A stretch of 64,000 bases of DNA from Octopus sinensis (Eukaryota). The notes beneath the pieces are model-generated. The model was not told the origin of the DNA. It ran no database searches and worked only from the letters and a program-made list of their open reading frames with translations. Where the stretch lies: contig NC_043011.1 of NCBI RefSeq assembly GCF_006345805.1, positions 46,512,464 to 46,576,463 of the forward strand, in the 5' to 3' direction. Shown in pieces: positions 39,310 to 52,934 of this stretch; positions within the stretch are counted from its first letter, which is position 1, and every line of letters begins with the position of its first letter. Both the position numbers and the translations under genes were made by a program.

Positions 39310-39590
39310 CAGTCCACACTGTGAAGTGGTTGGCATTTGGAAGGGCATCCAGCTGTAAAATCCATGCCAAAATTGACCTCACCTGTGCTGGTGCCATGTA
39401 AAAAGCACTCAGCCTATTCTGCAGAGTGGTTGGTGATAAGAAGGGCATCCAGCTGTAAAAACCATGCCAAAACAGATAAAGAAGCATGATTAAGGCTTCT
39501 GCCTGGCCGACTCCTGTGAAACTGTCTAACCCATGCCAGCATGGAAGGAGGACTTTAAATGATGATGACGATGATGATCATCATCATCAT
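39310..39590 (+). mobile_element. SINE family E / RTE-type tail (double aagggcatccagctgtaaaa motif)
   Basis: RTE-like 3' UTR motif, (GAT)n tail. Confidence 0.75.
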
Positions 39591-40344
39591 CAAACTCTCA
39601 AAGCTACATGATAATGCACAACTAATTAAAAATAGTGTGATTAAGCAAGCATTACATTTGACAGAGTAATCTGAATGTTGAATGGTTAAACTATAATCAT
39701 GATTCCTATGTAAGTTTTGCCATTCTGTAGATGACATTATTTTAAAACAAACAATAAGAGTTGTCTTAAATCCTCTCTCATAAGCCGTGTTGCTAATTGT
39801 GGTCAATCCACCACCCACACTCACGCATAAATCTAAATCGGCAGCAACGATTCTCACCAACCCCTCAAACTCACCATACACTCACCGCCCACCTAGTAGT
39901 CTCACCTGTTCTCTTACACCCACATCTCACACCAGCCTCATAGCTCAGCCTCCATTTCCTGCTTTCAATATTTTTTTTTCATCTTGAAATCCATTCTTGA
40001 CATTTCTGTGATAAGGAAAACAAAAAACACCACCAACAGCAACAACAATAACAACAACAACAACAACAACACTATTACCTCTGCCAATCTCTTAATTCTT
40101 TTTTTGTTCAGATTTAATTCTATCCTCTTATTCATTGGGAATATAAATACCCATATGTATATGGTATTGGACAAGCAATCTGATGGTTCTGAAATTCAAA
40201 TCTCCTCACTGGCATTATGTTGTGTCAGTGGGCATATGTAGCCCAACATTATTTTTATTTTTTTTATTTTGGGTCAATCGTGAGAAAGAACAGGCCTATC
40301 ATCAAAAGTATTCTTGTCATAGCCATCTTATCACTTTTAAGGAG

Positions 40345-40860
40345 TACTGTAAATCCTTGAGTATAATCCGTATTTTTTTCCCAAAATTTAAGGGTCAAAA
40401 TCCCTAGTGTGTGCAATATACGAGGTTAAAAATGAAAATTATTTTCTAAGCAATGTCTGATTCCCTATTTGCTGTCTGGCAATGTTTATTCAGATGCATT
40501 TTGTGATGTCAGGCGTGAAAATACCTTAAGCTAAGCCTGAAAGCAATGAAGTCACAAAAGAATCATCCATAACTTGCTGTAAGCAACATTTATTAAACGT
40601 TATTACTGTTATTTCTTTATTTTCTGCAAACAAAATGCACAAAAAAGCTACACGTTTGCATTAAGTTATATATACAATAATAATAAAGGACGTTACCGTA
40701 TACATTTTTACAAACCAAGGACGTTATATAGACCTCCTTGACTCAAGTTAGAGAAGGGGCGCGTATTATACACAAGGTTTAGGTTTTTCAGAGGTACAGC
40801 CCCCTAAAAATCCTCTGCGTATCATACTCAAGGGCAGACTATACTCAAGGATTTATAGTA
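40345..40860. mobile_element. Tc1/pogo-type MITE
   Basis: TA-flanked TIRs tactgtaaatccttgagtataatc / gactatactcaaggatttatagta. Confidence 0.8.
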
Positions 40861-41259
40861 TATCTTAATCATTTTAAAATGATGAGAGGGATTTGAGGGA
40901 GATTAACTGTAATTCCTAATAGGTCAGATGACTTGGTAGAGTTTCCTGAAGTGGCTTGTCCAAGCTGACAGTTCATGTTTAGTTCCTGTTCATATCTGAT
41001 TAAGCAGTCTTAAGTTCAAAGTTATTCCAGCCATGACCATCCATCTTAATTTCAGCCCCATGTTAATGTAATTCTAGATGCACTAATGATGTTTCCTTTT
41101 TTAACAATGGTTGGGTGTAATTTGAGGGAGATTTTGTGGCTATTTCTGTAAGGTCAAGGTATCCCTGAATTTTTGATCTTTCTATCCCTTATTACTCTTG
41201 GCTTTTTTCACTACTCTTACTCAATACTAACCATTATTATTATCCCAGTCCTTCTTCCC

Positions 41260-41573
41260 CAGAATAGTGCTGAGAACGATGAAAACTTTTTGAAAACTTT
41301 GTGTAGGCTTCTGAGCAGGTATCACCAAGCTTTTTATCAAAATTTGATGCAGATTTTCTGCTCCCCCTTCTCTGTCATGATCAATGCAATAATCACATGC
41401 TTCACACCTTCCTTCCATGCACTGCTGTAAACAGCAGAAGTGAGCTAGAATGTTAAAACTTTGTGCACATACACAGCAAAGTTCAAGGGCAATTTGTACC
41501 AAGCAACTTTACTCTGTGTGCTTTAGCTTCGTTACTATGGTGACAGTCCGGATACTTATTGATCAGACCATGA
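41260..41573 (-). mobile_element. Mariner 5' fragment
   Basis: MTEKGEQKICIKF**KLGDTCSEAYTK from 41378; TIR-like gtccggatacttattgatcagacc. Confidence 0.7.
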
Positions 41574-42224
41574 GGGTAAGTTTTGTATTATGCAGATGAC
41601 ATTATTCTAAAATAAACTCAATGGAAGTTTGTATCAAGTCCTTTTTCAAAACCCACGCTGCTAATTATGACCAACCCACACCCACACACAAATCCACAAC
41701 CCTGACTCTAACCAACACCTCACACTTGCACCCACCACACACCTACTACACACACCTGTCCTCTTGACACCCACAATCCACTTACACCCACATCTCACAC
41801 CCACCACATAACTCTGGCCTCCATTTCCTTCTCTTGATACTTTCAGTCTTGTAATCCATTCTTGACATTTCTGTCATACAAAAACAACAACAACAATATC
41901 ATCATCATCATCATCATCAATAACAACAACAGCAGTAGCAGCAACAGCATCATCATCATCAACAACAACACAACAACAACAACAACCACAACGATGACAA
42001 CAACGATGATGACAACACTGGTGGAACAGCTGTCTCTCCTAATCGCTTGACTCTTTCTTGGTTTGCATGGAACTGTTTCTCGGAGCTCTCCACAATATCC
42101 TTGTCCTACAGCAACCACTCCTATAACCTTTTAAACACCTATAACAATGTTATTAATGTTTTTTAATATTAAATAATTATCATTTGAATAATAATTATCA
42201 TTCGACATTTTTTGCTGTGTACTC

Positions 42225-42438
42225 TTTACCTTTTTACTCTTTTACTTGTTTCAGTCATTTGATTGTGGCCATGCTGGAGCACCGCCTTCACTCGAGCAAA
42301 TTGACCCCAGTATTTATTCTATGTAAGCCTAGTACTTATTCTATTGGTCTCATTTTGTTGAACTGCTGAGTTACGGAGATGTAAACACACCAGCATCGGT
42401 TGTCAAGCGATGTTGAGGGTACAAACACAGACACACAA

Positions 42439-42480
<42 letters not shown>

Positions 42481-42610
42481 GTAGATACACATATATACAA
42501 CGGGCTTCTTTCAGTTTTCATCTCCCAAATCCACTCACAAGGCTTTGGTTGGCCCGAGGCTATAGTAGAAGACACTTGCCCAAGGTGTCACGCAGTGGGA
42601 CTGAACCACT
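42225..42610 (-). mobile_element. SINE family A, 5' truncated
   Basis: Reverse complement of family A. Confidence 0.85.
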
Positions 42611-43696
42611 GTGTAGAAAATTCTAAAAAAAATTCCCTCCCTCCTGCTTTCCATTTATCTCTCTCTCTTTCCTTCTTCCCTTCGTTCTGCTTCTTTCTCC
42701 TCCTTCTCACCCTCTCTTTCTCTTTTAGTTCCTTAACCACTGCCTGCCATTATCCCATTGTAACGAGAAGCTGACAAAGAAATCTTAAAGGATTATTTAC
42801 TATCATTATAATGAAACCACCACTACCATCATCATCATCATCATCATCATCGTCATCATTAGTGTTATCCCATATTATTATATCATATGTTTGTATTTTT
42901 TTTTTTATCTTTGATATTTTACAAGTGCAGAACTGTTAGCATTGGGAAAGTTCTTTGTAGTGTTTGTTTCAGCTCTTTGTATTTCAGAGTTCAAATTGAG
43001 CTGGGGTCATTTTTTTCCCTTTCATCTTTCTTGGGTTGATACAATAAAGTACTTTTTAAAAACTGGGGTTGATTTAATTGACTGACGCCCCCTCCCTTCC
43101 ATCTGACCTTACTACAAATCTGTGTTCTTATGCCTACGTTAGAAATTATTAAAGAGTACATATAAAGAGAATTGTTAGAGTATTGGACAAAATGTCTTTG
43201 TGATATTTATTCTGTCCCTTTACGTTCTGAGTTCAAATCCTGCTGAGGTCAACTTTGTCTTTTATCTTTCTAGGGGTTCAATAAAATAAAGTACCAGTCA
43301 AGTATTGCAGTTAGTTTAAATTGATTCTTCCCTGCCCCCAAATTTCTGGCCTAATGCCTGTGTAAAAAGGACCCCGAATATTATGATTATTATTTTTGTT
43401 ATGTTATATTGTAATTCTTTGTGCTATATATTAATTCATTTTTAAGATGTTTCCACATTTTATATTACTCTCATATTTCATAAATATCAAGGCATCATCG
43501 CCATCACCATCACCACTACTATTAGCATCAACATTTTAGTATTATTCTTTACATTCTGAGTTCAAATTCTGCTGAGGTTGACTTTGCCTGTCATGCTTTC
43601 AGGGTCAATGAAATAAGTACCAGTTGAACACTGGGGTCAAATGTAACTCACCCTTTCCTGCGAAATTACTGGCCTTTTGCCAAATTTTAAAACCCT

Positions 43697-43744
43697 TATT
43701 ATTATTATTATTATTATTATTTAATAATAATAATAATAATAATA

Positions 43745-43803
<59 letters not shown>
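43697..43803. repeat. (TAT)/(TAA) microsatellite
   Basis: Direct inspection. Confidence 0.95.
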
Positions 43804-43804
<1 letters not shown>

Positions 43805-44336
43805 TCATTTTAAGAGTCTAACTTTGTGTTTATATTTCTTGCCTTCAAATATTGACTATCTTGGACATCAGACAAAGTAAAAAAAAATAGAAATTGGCTG
43901 ATAAAAATTTTAAAGCAAACAGCACCCACCTTACATCAACATTAATTGAAAAAATTGTTGTTCTTCTTTTTGTTGAGAACAAAAAAGAAAACACTATATA
44001 AAGACAAATATTGAAAAAAATGCTGATCAACAGGACATGAGAAATGGTCACCAAATTAAGCCATCAATAAAGCAAGAACACTGAAGTTATTCAGTTCAAG
44101 AGTTTAACACACAACCAGGTTTTTGTGGTGGGTGATTCAGTGGGCCATTTTAAGCTTTGCGTTCTTTGTTTATTTTGTTTGAACTTTCTTCACTACCTTG
44201 TTTTTGATATTTTTTATTCAAATTATTTTGCTATTTTTTATTATCATTAATTTTAAAAGAAGAAAATGGGATAAAACAGGAATGAGGCAAGAGAAAAAAA
44301 TGATTAAATAAAATTAGTGTGAAGGATAGTTTAGGT

Positions 44337-44692
44337 CAGAGGTTTTCAACTATTTTTTTTTATCTATGGACCCCTTTCATTACTATCTTATTCTGATGGG
44401 CTCCCATAGCTATTCAATGTTTAAAAACTAGTTTTATAGAAACTTCTTTCAAAATTCCTATTTTAGTTTCCATACATTAATTTGTGTTGGTCGAACTATG
44501 TAAAACATTAGAGAAAGCAACGGAGTTGCTTCTTGCAATACATCGAAAACAATACATCTAAAGCAAAATTTTGTCAAGGGCCCTATTATGGATGACCAAT
44601 TTACTATTTTGCTGCATGGACCCCCACACACCCACCCACAAAATCTTATAAGGGCCCTCAGAGACCACATGGACACTGGTTGAAAACCACTG
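44337..44692. mobile_element. hAT MITE
   Basis: TIRs cagaggttttcaac / gttgaaaaccactg; 8-bp TSD gtttaggt / ggttaggt. Confidence 0.85.
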
Positions 44693-44935
44693 GGTTAGGT
44701 GATGAATGGTGGTGGAGGAGTAATGTCAGAAAGTTATGCTGTCACTTTTGCGCCATGATGCCATGAATACATGCCGTTTGAATCCCAACACTTAAAGATT
44801 TAAAATTTTTCTTAATTCTAAGACTTCTACAAACTAGTACAAAGGGCAGAGGAACTCATGAATGGTCAATGATCATCCAACAATTATATATATATATATG
44901 TGAAAATCAAATCAAATCAAAATAGACAAAATAGA

Positions 44936-45525
44936 TGAACATCAATGGAATTTGTATCCTGTGGTACCAGTGCCTGTGGTACCAGTGCCTGTGGCACACA
45001 AGAAATCCATCAGTGCCGTAGTCAGTGCGGTGGGCACATGACAAACACCATCTGATCGTGGCCGTTCGCCAGCCTCATCTAGCACCTGTGTCGGTGGCAC
45101 ATAAAAACACCATCCGAGTGTGGCCGTCTGCCAGCCTCGTCTGGCACCTGTGTCGGTGGCACATAAAAACACCATCCGAGCGTGGCCATCTGCCAGCCTC
45201 GTCTGGCACCTGTGTCAGTGGCACATAAAAAACACCATCCGAGCGTGGCCGTCTGCCAGCCTCGTCTGGCACCTGTGTCGGTGGCACATAAAAAACACCA
45301 TCCGAGCGTGGCCGTTTGCCAGCCTCGTCTGGCACCTGTGTCGGTGGCACATAAAATCACCCACTACACTCTCGGAGTGGTTGGCGTTAGGAAGGGCATC
45401 CAGCTGTAGAAACACTGCCAGATCTGACTGGACTGGTGCAGCTTTCGGGCTCCCCAGACCCCAGTTGAACCGTCCAACCCATGCTAGCATGGAAAGCGGA
45501 CGTTAAATGATGATGATGATGATGA
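44936..45525 (+). mobile_element. SINE family E with five ~62-bp tandem units (45043-45355) ahead of the RTE-type tail
   Basis: Units aaacaccatccgagcgtggccgtctgccagcctcgtctggcacctgtgtcggtggcacata, then ggcgttaggaagggcatccagc and (GAT)n. Confidence 0.85.
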
Positions 45526-45584
45526 TATATATATAAGAAATATTGAATTTCTAAATCTCTCGTGGTGTACGGTGGTGGGGCGAT

Positions 45585-45771
45585 AGAATGGTTGTATACT
45601 GTCAATCTAACAAGAACGTGACAGTAGGGGGTACACCACCGTTGTATAGCCCTAGGAGGCATCGAACGCCTCCTGACAGCTTCGAGGCGTTCGATGCCTC
45701 CTAGGGCTATACAACGGTGATGTACCCCCTACTGTCACGTTCTTGTTAGATTGACAGTATACAACCATTCT
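45585..45771. repeat. Near-perfect palindrome: 88-bp arms, 11-nt loop, 1 mismatch
   Basis: 45585-45672 is the reverse complement of 45684-45771 except at one position. Confidence 0.97.
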
Positions 45772-46121
45772 CTCTCTCTCTATATATATATATGTATGTA
45801 TGTGGAGGCACAATAGCCCAGTGGTTAGGGTAGCGGACTCATGGTCAGAGGATCACAGTTTCGATTCTCAGACTGGGTGTTGTGCGTGTTCATTGAGCGG
45901 AAACACCTAAAGCTCCATGAGGCTCTGGCAGGGGATGGTGGTGACCCCTGTTGTACTCTTTTGCCTCAAATTTCTCTCCCTCTCTCTCCTGTTTCTTGAG
46001 TAATGCTGCAATGTATAAGAATACACTTCACCAGTTTTGCATTAGATTTTCAAAAGTGTTTTGTATATGGAGCTGTGTTGTGAATCAAGTTATTCTAGCC
46101 AGCATGATCTCTCTCTCTCTC

Positions 46122-46196
<75 letters not shown>

Positions 46197-47014
46197 GTTT
46201 GTGTTTATCTGTATACACTCATATATTTTATGTATGTCCACCATGCCATGCTATGGACCCTCAGCTCTTGATGGAATTGTAATGACACTGCTGTGATATA
46301 CATATCTTGAGCAGTTTTAGACCTATGTCTATCGAAAGTTGATCATTGCCATTATCTGTATGTAATTATGTTATAACTGTAATTGATATATTAAATTAAA
46401 TTCAGTTTAACAACAAATAACAAGAGACCAGTTTTGATACGAGTGAAGTCATTATTACCAATTGTAGCATTCAAAGATAATTGTAATTATTTTTCAGATC
46501 AGTTCTCTTGCAGAAGATTCTATAAACCAATTCTAAATCTACCTTACTTCAAAAGTTTTTATCACATTAAACATTTTGATAGCAACCTATCTAAGATTGC
46601 TTTTGATTCTATGATATAAAACTGTCCACTTTGAAATGTTCCTTTTGTTATGTTATGTTCATAATACCAGATTAATTGTGGAAAAGAACTTAGTTATTTT
46701 CTAAATCTTTTTGAAAATTTTGATTATTTTTAAAATTCATTGAAATACATAATTATTGTTCTCTACAAAAGGGATATAAAAATATGTTTATATTTATCTT
46801 TAGACTGTGATGCAGATATAACTGTGTGATAAGAAGTTTTATAGCAAAGTTTATTCTATGTACTGTTCATACACTTTCGGCTACTTTTTCTAATGAGATG
46901 TAGTGCGCCTGAACCCTGTATACAGGGAATTCATTATTACGATAATTTAAAAGGTTATAGGCATACTTGTATTAAAAATTCTAGATTATATAATTTACAC
47001 TATAATAAAAAATA

Positions 47015-47263
47015 AATGCACCCTTTCAAAGCCTAGCCAGGCTCATGTGCCTGGCTTCCTGGTTTCTACGGCATATGTGTTCCCCGGCTGGATGGAATAC
47101 CAGTCCATTGCAGCGTTGCTCATTTTTGCCAGCTGAGTGGACTGGAGCAACGTGAAATGAAGTGTTTTGCTCAAGAGCACAACGCGTCGCCCAGTCCAGG
47201 TATCAAAACCACAATCTTACAATCATGATGCTGACACCCTAACCACTAAGCCACGCACCTCTA
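47015..47263 (-). mobile_element. Chimeric SINE: tRNA head + CORE + family C V-like domain and tail
   Basis: CORE block (gccagctgagtggactggagcaacgtgaaatg) joined to gcctagccaggctcatg tail shared with family C. Confidence 0.75.
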
Positions 47264-47385
47264 CAATTTACCCTATGTTGTGGCATAAATAGTTAATACC
47301 ATCAGGGTATTTTATCAGATGATATAACTATTAAACATAAGTTGAGTAAAGCTATGAAACTTAGCTAAATAATAAGCTTTTAGAA

Positions 47386-47894
47386 CAGGGGTGGGCAAAC
47401 TTTTTAGCGAAGCCAGGCAAAAATTTCCTAAGAAAATGGTACACAGGTTCTAATTCTTATATCTGTGTAAATCTTGTATATATCTATATATAATTTCATA
47501 TACATTACTAAAGATAAGTTTAAGACATTAAATTAATGTATAACATCTTCATTAATGCTGCCACTGAATTTAAGACATTTATATTACTTATGAGGTATTC
47601 AATATTTTTCAGCTAGAGTGTAGTTGGGTCTCAAGGGGGTAGTATAAACCTAGCAATATTTGTTTTATAGTGAAAATATAAATTCCATTCAAATGGCAAT
47701 TACTGGATGATATCTGACCATTTTAAGTCATAGTGGAAACGTGACCTATGTCACAAATAGGTATATGAATAATGTATAAATTTTGATTGAAAAATTTACT
47801 GTAATTTATACATGTAAGTATATCAGCCTGCAGGCACAATAAAACAGACTCCTGAGTACAATTGTACCTATGGGTGGGGGTTTCCTCACGCTTG
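47386..47894. mobile_element. Old hAT MITE
   Basis: Left TIR caggggtgggcaaac, degraded right end tttcctcacgcttg; TSD ttttagaa / ctttcgaa. Confidence 0.45.
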
Positions 47895-47944
47895 CTTTCG
47901 AAGAAGGATTAAATCAAGAGTTTGTTGACCAGAATATTTTTTTA

Positions 47945-48790
47945 TTCTGTTGCTTGTTTCAGTCATTAGACTGTGGCCATGCTGGGGCACTGCTTTAAAG
48001 GTTTTAGTCAAATGAATGAACCCCAGAACTTATTTTCTTTTTAAGTATGATTATAATTCTGTTGGTCCCTTTTTCATGAATTTTATAAGTTCCAGAAACA
48101 CAAGGAAATTGGCACCAGTTGTACAAGCAGTGGTGGGGGCCAAACACAAATGCATGACCCGTGCCAGTATGGGCGAAACATGACAAACTTCTCTCAGTTT
48201 CCATCTACTCATCTACCAAATCCACTCACACAGCTTTGGTAGGCCCGGAACTATAATAGAAGACACTTGCTCAAGGTGAAATGTAGTCAGACTGAACCCA
48301 GAACCATGTGTCTGTGAAGCTGACTTCTTATTTCATTATTGCCCACAAGGGGCTAAACATAGAGGGGACAAACAAGGACAGACAAATGGATTAAGTCGAT
48401 TACATCGACCCCAGTGCGTAACTGGTACTTATTTAATCGACCCCCAAAAGGATGTAAAGCAAAGTCGACCTCGGTGGAATTTGAACTCAGAACGTAAAGA
48501 CAGACGAAATACCGCTAAGCATTTCGCCTGGCATGCTAACGTTTCTGCCAGCTCGCCGCCTTTCTTACCATGCAGCTTATTTCAGTCATTAGATTATGGC
48601 CGTGCTGGGGCACTGCTTTAAAGGATTTAGTCAAGTGAACGAACCCCAGAACTTATTTTCTCTTTAAGTCTGGTTCTTATTCTGTTGTTCCCTTTTTTAC
48701 TGAATTTTATAAGTTACAGAAACACAAGGAAATTGGCACCAGTTGTACAAGCAGACTTCTTACCACACAGCCACGTCCGTGCCTATTTTC
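47945..48790 (-). mobile_element. SINE A with nested SINE B (48331-48561) and a locally duplicated 3' part
   Basis: TSD ttctta around B; 47957-48130 repeated at 48580-48754. Confidence 0.8.
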
Positions 48791-49982
48791 TGAAAAATTA
48801 CGAACAGCCTCAATCAATCTTCAAACAATTTTTGGAGTAACCTCAATATCTGCTTCCCAGTGGCATATTGATTAAAGCATTGGAACTATATGTGAATTGG
48901 AGATTATGCAGCCTGAACTCATTGTTGTTGTTGTTGTTGTTCTTGTTGTTGTTTATTCACTGGTGTATTTTGTACCAGATGTATCATGGCTTTGTCTTGC
49001 TAAAGACCATACTGAACCCTTCATTAGGCAGTGAAGGATTATTGACCACACGAAGAAATGAGAAGGGTAAAGAATCTGGAATGAGACCTGAACAGTGGCA
49101 GAAAACAGAACTGGTTGGAGAGGCTGAGCCACAGCCTTATGTGCATCAAGGCGTGGAGAGAATTAACTAATTTATATTCAGAGACCTAATCCCTCTAAGG
49201 CTGACTTTGCTTCTCTTCCTTCCAGATTTGTTAAAATTATTGCACCAATAACAGAAGTCAATATAATCGACTGTTCCTTCGCTTCTAAATTTGTGACCTT
49301 GTGCTAATATCAATATTGTTCGGTGATTCATTAGCTAGATTGCTCTTTCATCTCAGACATCAAACAAACCTATTGTTCACAAATGCTTGTAATAATAATA
49401 AAAAAAAAACCAACTAATTTTAATTTATTATTTATTAATTTTATTATGTGCTTTACTGACTTTTTAAGGTGAGTTAGTGGAAGAAATGTGATGTTCATGA
49501 TTCTTTCCATGGTTTCTGAGACTTAAGGGAGGAAAGACAGGGCTTATGGCTCTTATCAGAATTTCTGTGGCTAGAGGAAAGAAAGAAAGAAAGTAGGAAG
49601 TCATCCTCAAACCACAGTCCTGGCCTGAATACATGCAACAGAGAAGAATCTGCTAGAGTTACCCAGGGATCATGTAGTGGTGTTAAACCAGGTGATACAT
49701 TAAATTTGTCACTCAGATAACTGATTGTATCCCTTCAGTGTATCTCCATTTCAGTCCTAACAAGAAGACAAAATTTTACAGTTGTTTTTCAACGATAAAA
49801 ATGTTCTGAATGAAGAGCTGTATTGTACAGACATAAAATTAATCTAAGAAAATTTAAAACGTTTTTTATCCTTTGTCATTCATTTCATATTGCAATGAAA
49901 GGCAATGAGAACATAGAAACAAAGAGCAAGGAAGTTGTCAGAAATAATATCTAAACTAAACTGAAAATGTAGTAATATCTTA

Positions 49983-50182
49983 TTTCTTTATTGTCCACAA
50001 GGGGCTAAACATAGAGGGGACAAACAAGGACAGACAAACGGATTAAGTCGATTAAATAGATCCCAGTGCATAACTGGTACTTAATTTATAGACTCCAGTG
50101 CGTAACTGGTACTTAATTTATCGACCCTGAAAGGATGAAAGGCAAAGTCGACCTCGGCGGAATTTGAACTCAGAACGTGGTG
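49983..50182 (-). mobile_element. 5'-truncated SINE B with small internal duplication
   Basis: TSD atatctta (49975-49982, 50183-50190). Confidence 0.85.
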
Positions 50183-51490
50183 ATATCTTAAATGAGAGGT
50201 AAATGGTGGTAGTTTGAACCTAGATTAGATACTATAACAATGTTGGATAATCCTAAGATGCAAGTTCATATCTAGCTTCGACTAACTATATGGTATTCAA
50301 TAGCGTTTCATGCTAAGATTCTTGTTGACACCAACTTTGCATTTTTTTCCTTTGGGAGATTGATAAAATGCAGCATCAATGTGGTAATTAGGTCGATTTA
50401 TTTGACTGATCCTTCCTTCAAGATTTGTGTGAAAGAAGAACTGGCAGAAGACAATTATGATAGTAATGACAAATTAGGAAAAGGAGATGAGTTTGAAGAA
50501 GCAAAAAATGAATTTAAAAAAACAAAATTAAATATTGGGAGAAAATTAAAATTTGAGTTAATGAACTTTGTCAAGAGAATGAACACTGAATTTTCTCTTC
50601 GTCAGCATTTTGATTTGCCCAGTTACTGTATCCTTTATACCTTCGACTACTCCAACCATGCTACACCACTCCACCCCTCACAGTACCTCGCATTAGAAAA
50701 TTTTGATCTGATGATAATTTGCTTTCTAAAATAACATCCTGTTTATGAAAAAAAAAATTTTTATGTTTTTAAATTTTTTATTATTTTATATACATTTTTT
50801 CGGCAAGTGTTATTATAATGTATTTTTTGTTTTTAATAATTAAAATAAAGCTATTAATTTTAAAACACGTATGGATATTAATTATGATCTAAGAGAGCAG
50901 TAGTAGTGGTTGTTATTGAATGGGAGGGGGCTATGATAAAAAATTTTTTTAAAAGGTATAGATAAAAATATGAAAATAAAAAAAGGAAATAAAATTAGGT
51001 ATTTTAAATTTACTTGGAGAAACTAATCACAGTACAAGAGCATTGTTTTAGTGTTTCAGTGGCTTGTAATTTGTAACTCGACTGGTAGCTATTTAGAACA
51101 GGTAAAAGGTGAGGTGAAAATAACACACGCACACACACACATATATATATAATACTAGCAATGACACTCCATCACTTATGACAACGAGGGTTCCAGTTGA
51201 TCTGATCGATGGAACAGCCTGGCTCTTGAAATTAACGTGCAAGTGGCTGAGCACTCTACAGACCCATGTACCCTTAATGTAGTTCTCAGAGAGATCCAGC
51301 AAGACTCAGAATGTGACAAGGCTGGCCCTTTGAAATACAGGTACAACTCATTTTTGCCAGATGAGTGGACTGGAGCAGTGTGAAATAAAGTGTCTTGCTC
51401 AAGAACACAATACACCACCAGGAATTGAACTCATTACTTTATGGTCATTAGCTAAATACCCTATACACTAAGCCATGTGCTTCAGATATA

Positions 51491-51533
<43 letters not shown>

Positions 51534-51830
51534 TTTGGGACTATAACTCCAAACTTAGAGGGAAAAATTCAATTTAGTATTAAATCAAATTTCACAATAT
51601 ATATATATAATATATATATAAATTAGAGAAAAACCACTATTACGTAATTCAAACAATGATAGACATAAATCAAATCATAAACAAAAAATAAAACATATAA
51701 CTAGATCACAAAAAGTACAAAAAATGAATAAACAGTTTATTTTAAGTAAAAAGACTACGTAATATATTACTTATTATATATTGTTTATTCATGTTTGTAC
51801 TTTTTGTGATCTATTTATATGTTTTATTAT

Positions 51831-51862
<32 letters not shown>

Positions 51863-52049
51863 ATAATGATAATATGAGGGAATATTATTCCCTCATATTA
51901 CTTGCACATTTCGTTATCATTATTATATTTTTTTATCTTATATTTAATCTTTCTATAATATGTAATTTTTTCTAAATGGTATAATTTAATTTTTCATTAT
52001 TGAATTGATTAAAGGTGGGTTTTCTTAATCATTATTATATTTTTTTATC

Positions 52050-52090
<41 letters not shown>

Positions 52091-52934
52091 AAAGTGAAAT
52101 AAGTGTCAAAGATGCTTTGCCTGAATCAGAAATGGCTAGAGCTACTTTAAGCTATCACATTGTATGAAACCCTTTTGCATTTTCAGTATGTATTTCAGGG
52201 TTAGAAGCAGGGAAGATATATCTCTTATCCATTTGATATTGAAGAAACTGAAAGGAGGTCCTTGGTTCCTGAAGATCCTTGTCATTTGTAAAATACATTG
52301 AATCTGAATTCCAGCAGTGGCTAGTATGTCATAAAGTGTTGGGTTACAAATGAAAAGTTTCTGAGTTCAAGACTTGTGTTAATCTAGATCTTGTAATTGT
52401 TGCAATTGTAATTGTAATTACAGCTCTTGTAATTGTTGTGCCACAGACTCAAATATTCTTGTGCTGATTCACTGCAAGGGAATATTTCACAGAATGATAA
52501 CAATCAACTGCTTCAACACCCGAGATAACTGGTGTATTATTTTGTGTCATACTTAACTGCATGGTAAATGCTTTAGCTGCAGTTATTTTGCATTGATTGT
52601 AAGCATAGTAGTCCAAATATTATAGTGCCCTAAATACTATAGTTCAGTTGCCATGGTACTCTACAAACAAAAGTATATTAATGATGAAGCCCCTTAATCA
52701 CTATAATATTCTAAATACTATAGTGTCCTCAGTGTCATAGTTCCATACTCTCATAGCCCTCTACATAGTATTGTACCCTACATTTCAAGACTCAAAGTGT
52801 TGGGTCAGTTTTAAAGGTTTGTACAGAGTTTCTTAAGGGTGGCCCAGACTGAGACATTTAACAAGTCCAGCAACTTTGTTAGCCCCACTTTAACTGAAAT
52901 ATTAACTGTAACAGTAAACGTAACTTCTCTTGTG

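Noticed and set aside
45043-45355. CRISPR-like appearance of regular repeats
   Set aside because: Units are contiguous and near-identical with no unique spacers; eukaryotic SINE context.
48980-49170. 100-aa ORF 48868-49170
   Set aside because: Built from a (TTG)n repeat plus what looks like a decayed RTE 3' end.
49201-49310. Very strong acceptor ctgactttgcttctcttccttccAG
   Set aside because: It is the central block of a decayed SINE B-variant; all frames stop without a donor.
50560-50615. Minus-strand CUGACGA followed by a hairpin (hammerhead-like)
   Set aside because: No GAAA after stem II and no stem I; the CUGAUGA at ~2384 (-) fails likewise.
50360-50734. 124-aa ORF with an acceptor-like site before ICVKEELAED
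   Set aside because: The upstream part and the acceptor derive from a decayed B-variant SINE; no donor or recognisable domain. Kept only as a remote possibility.
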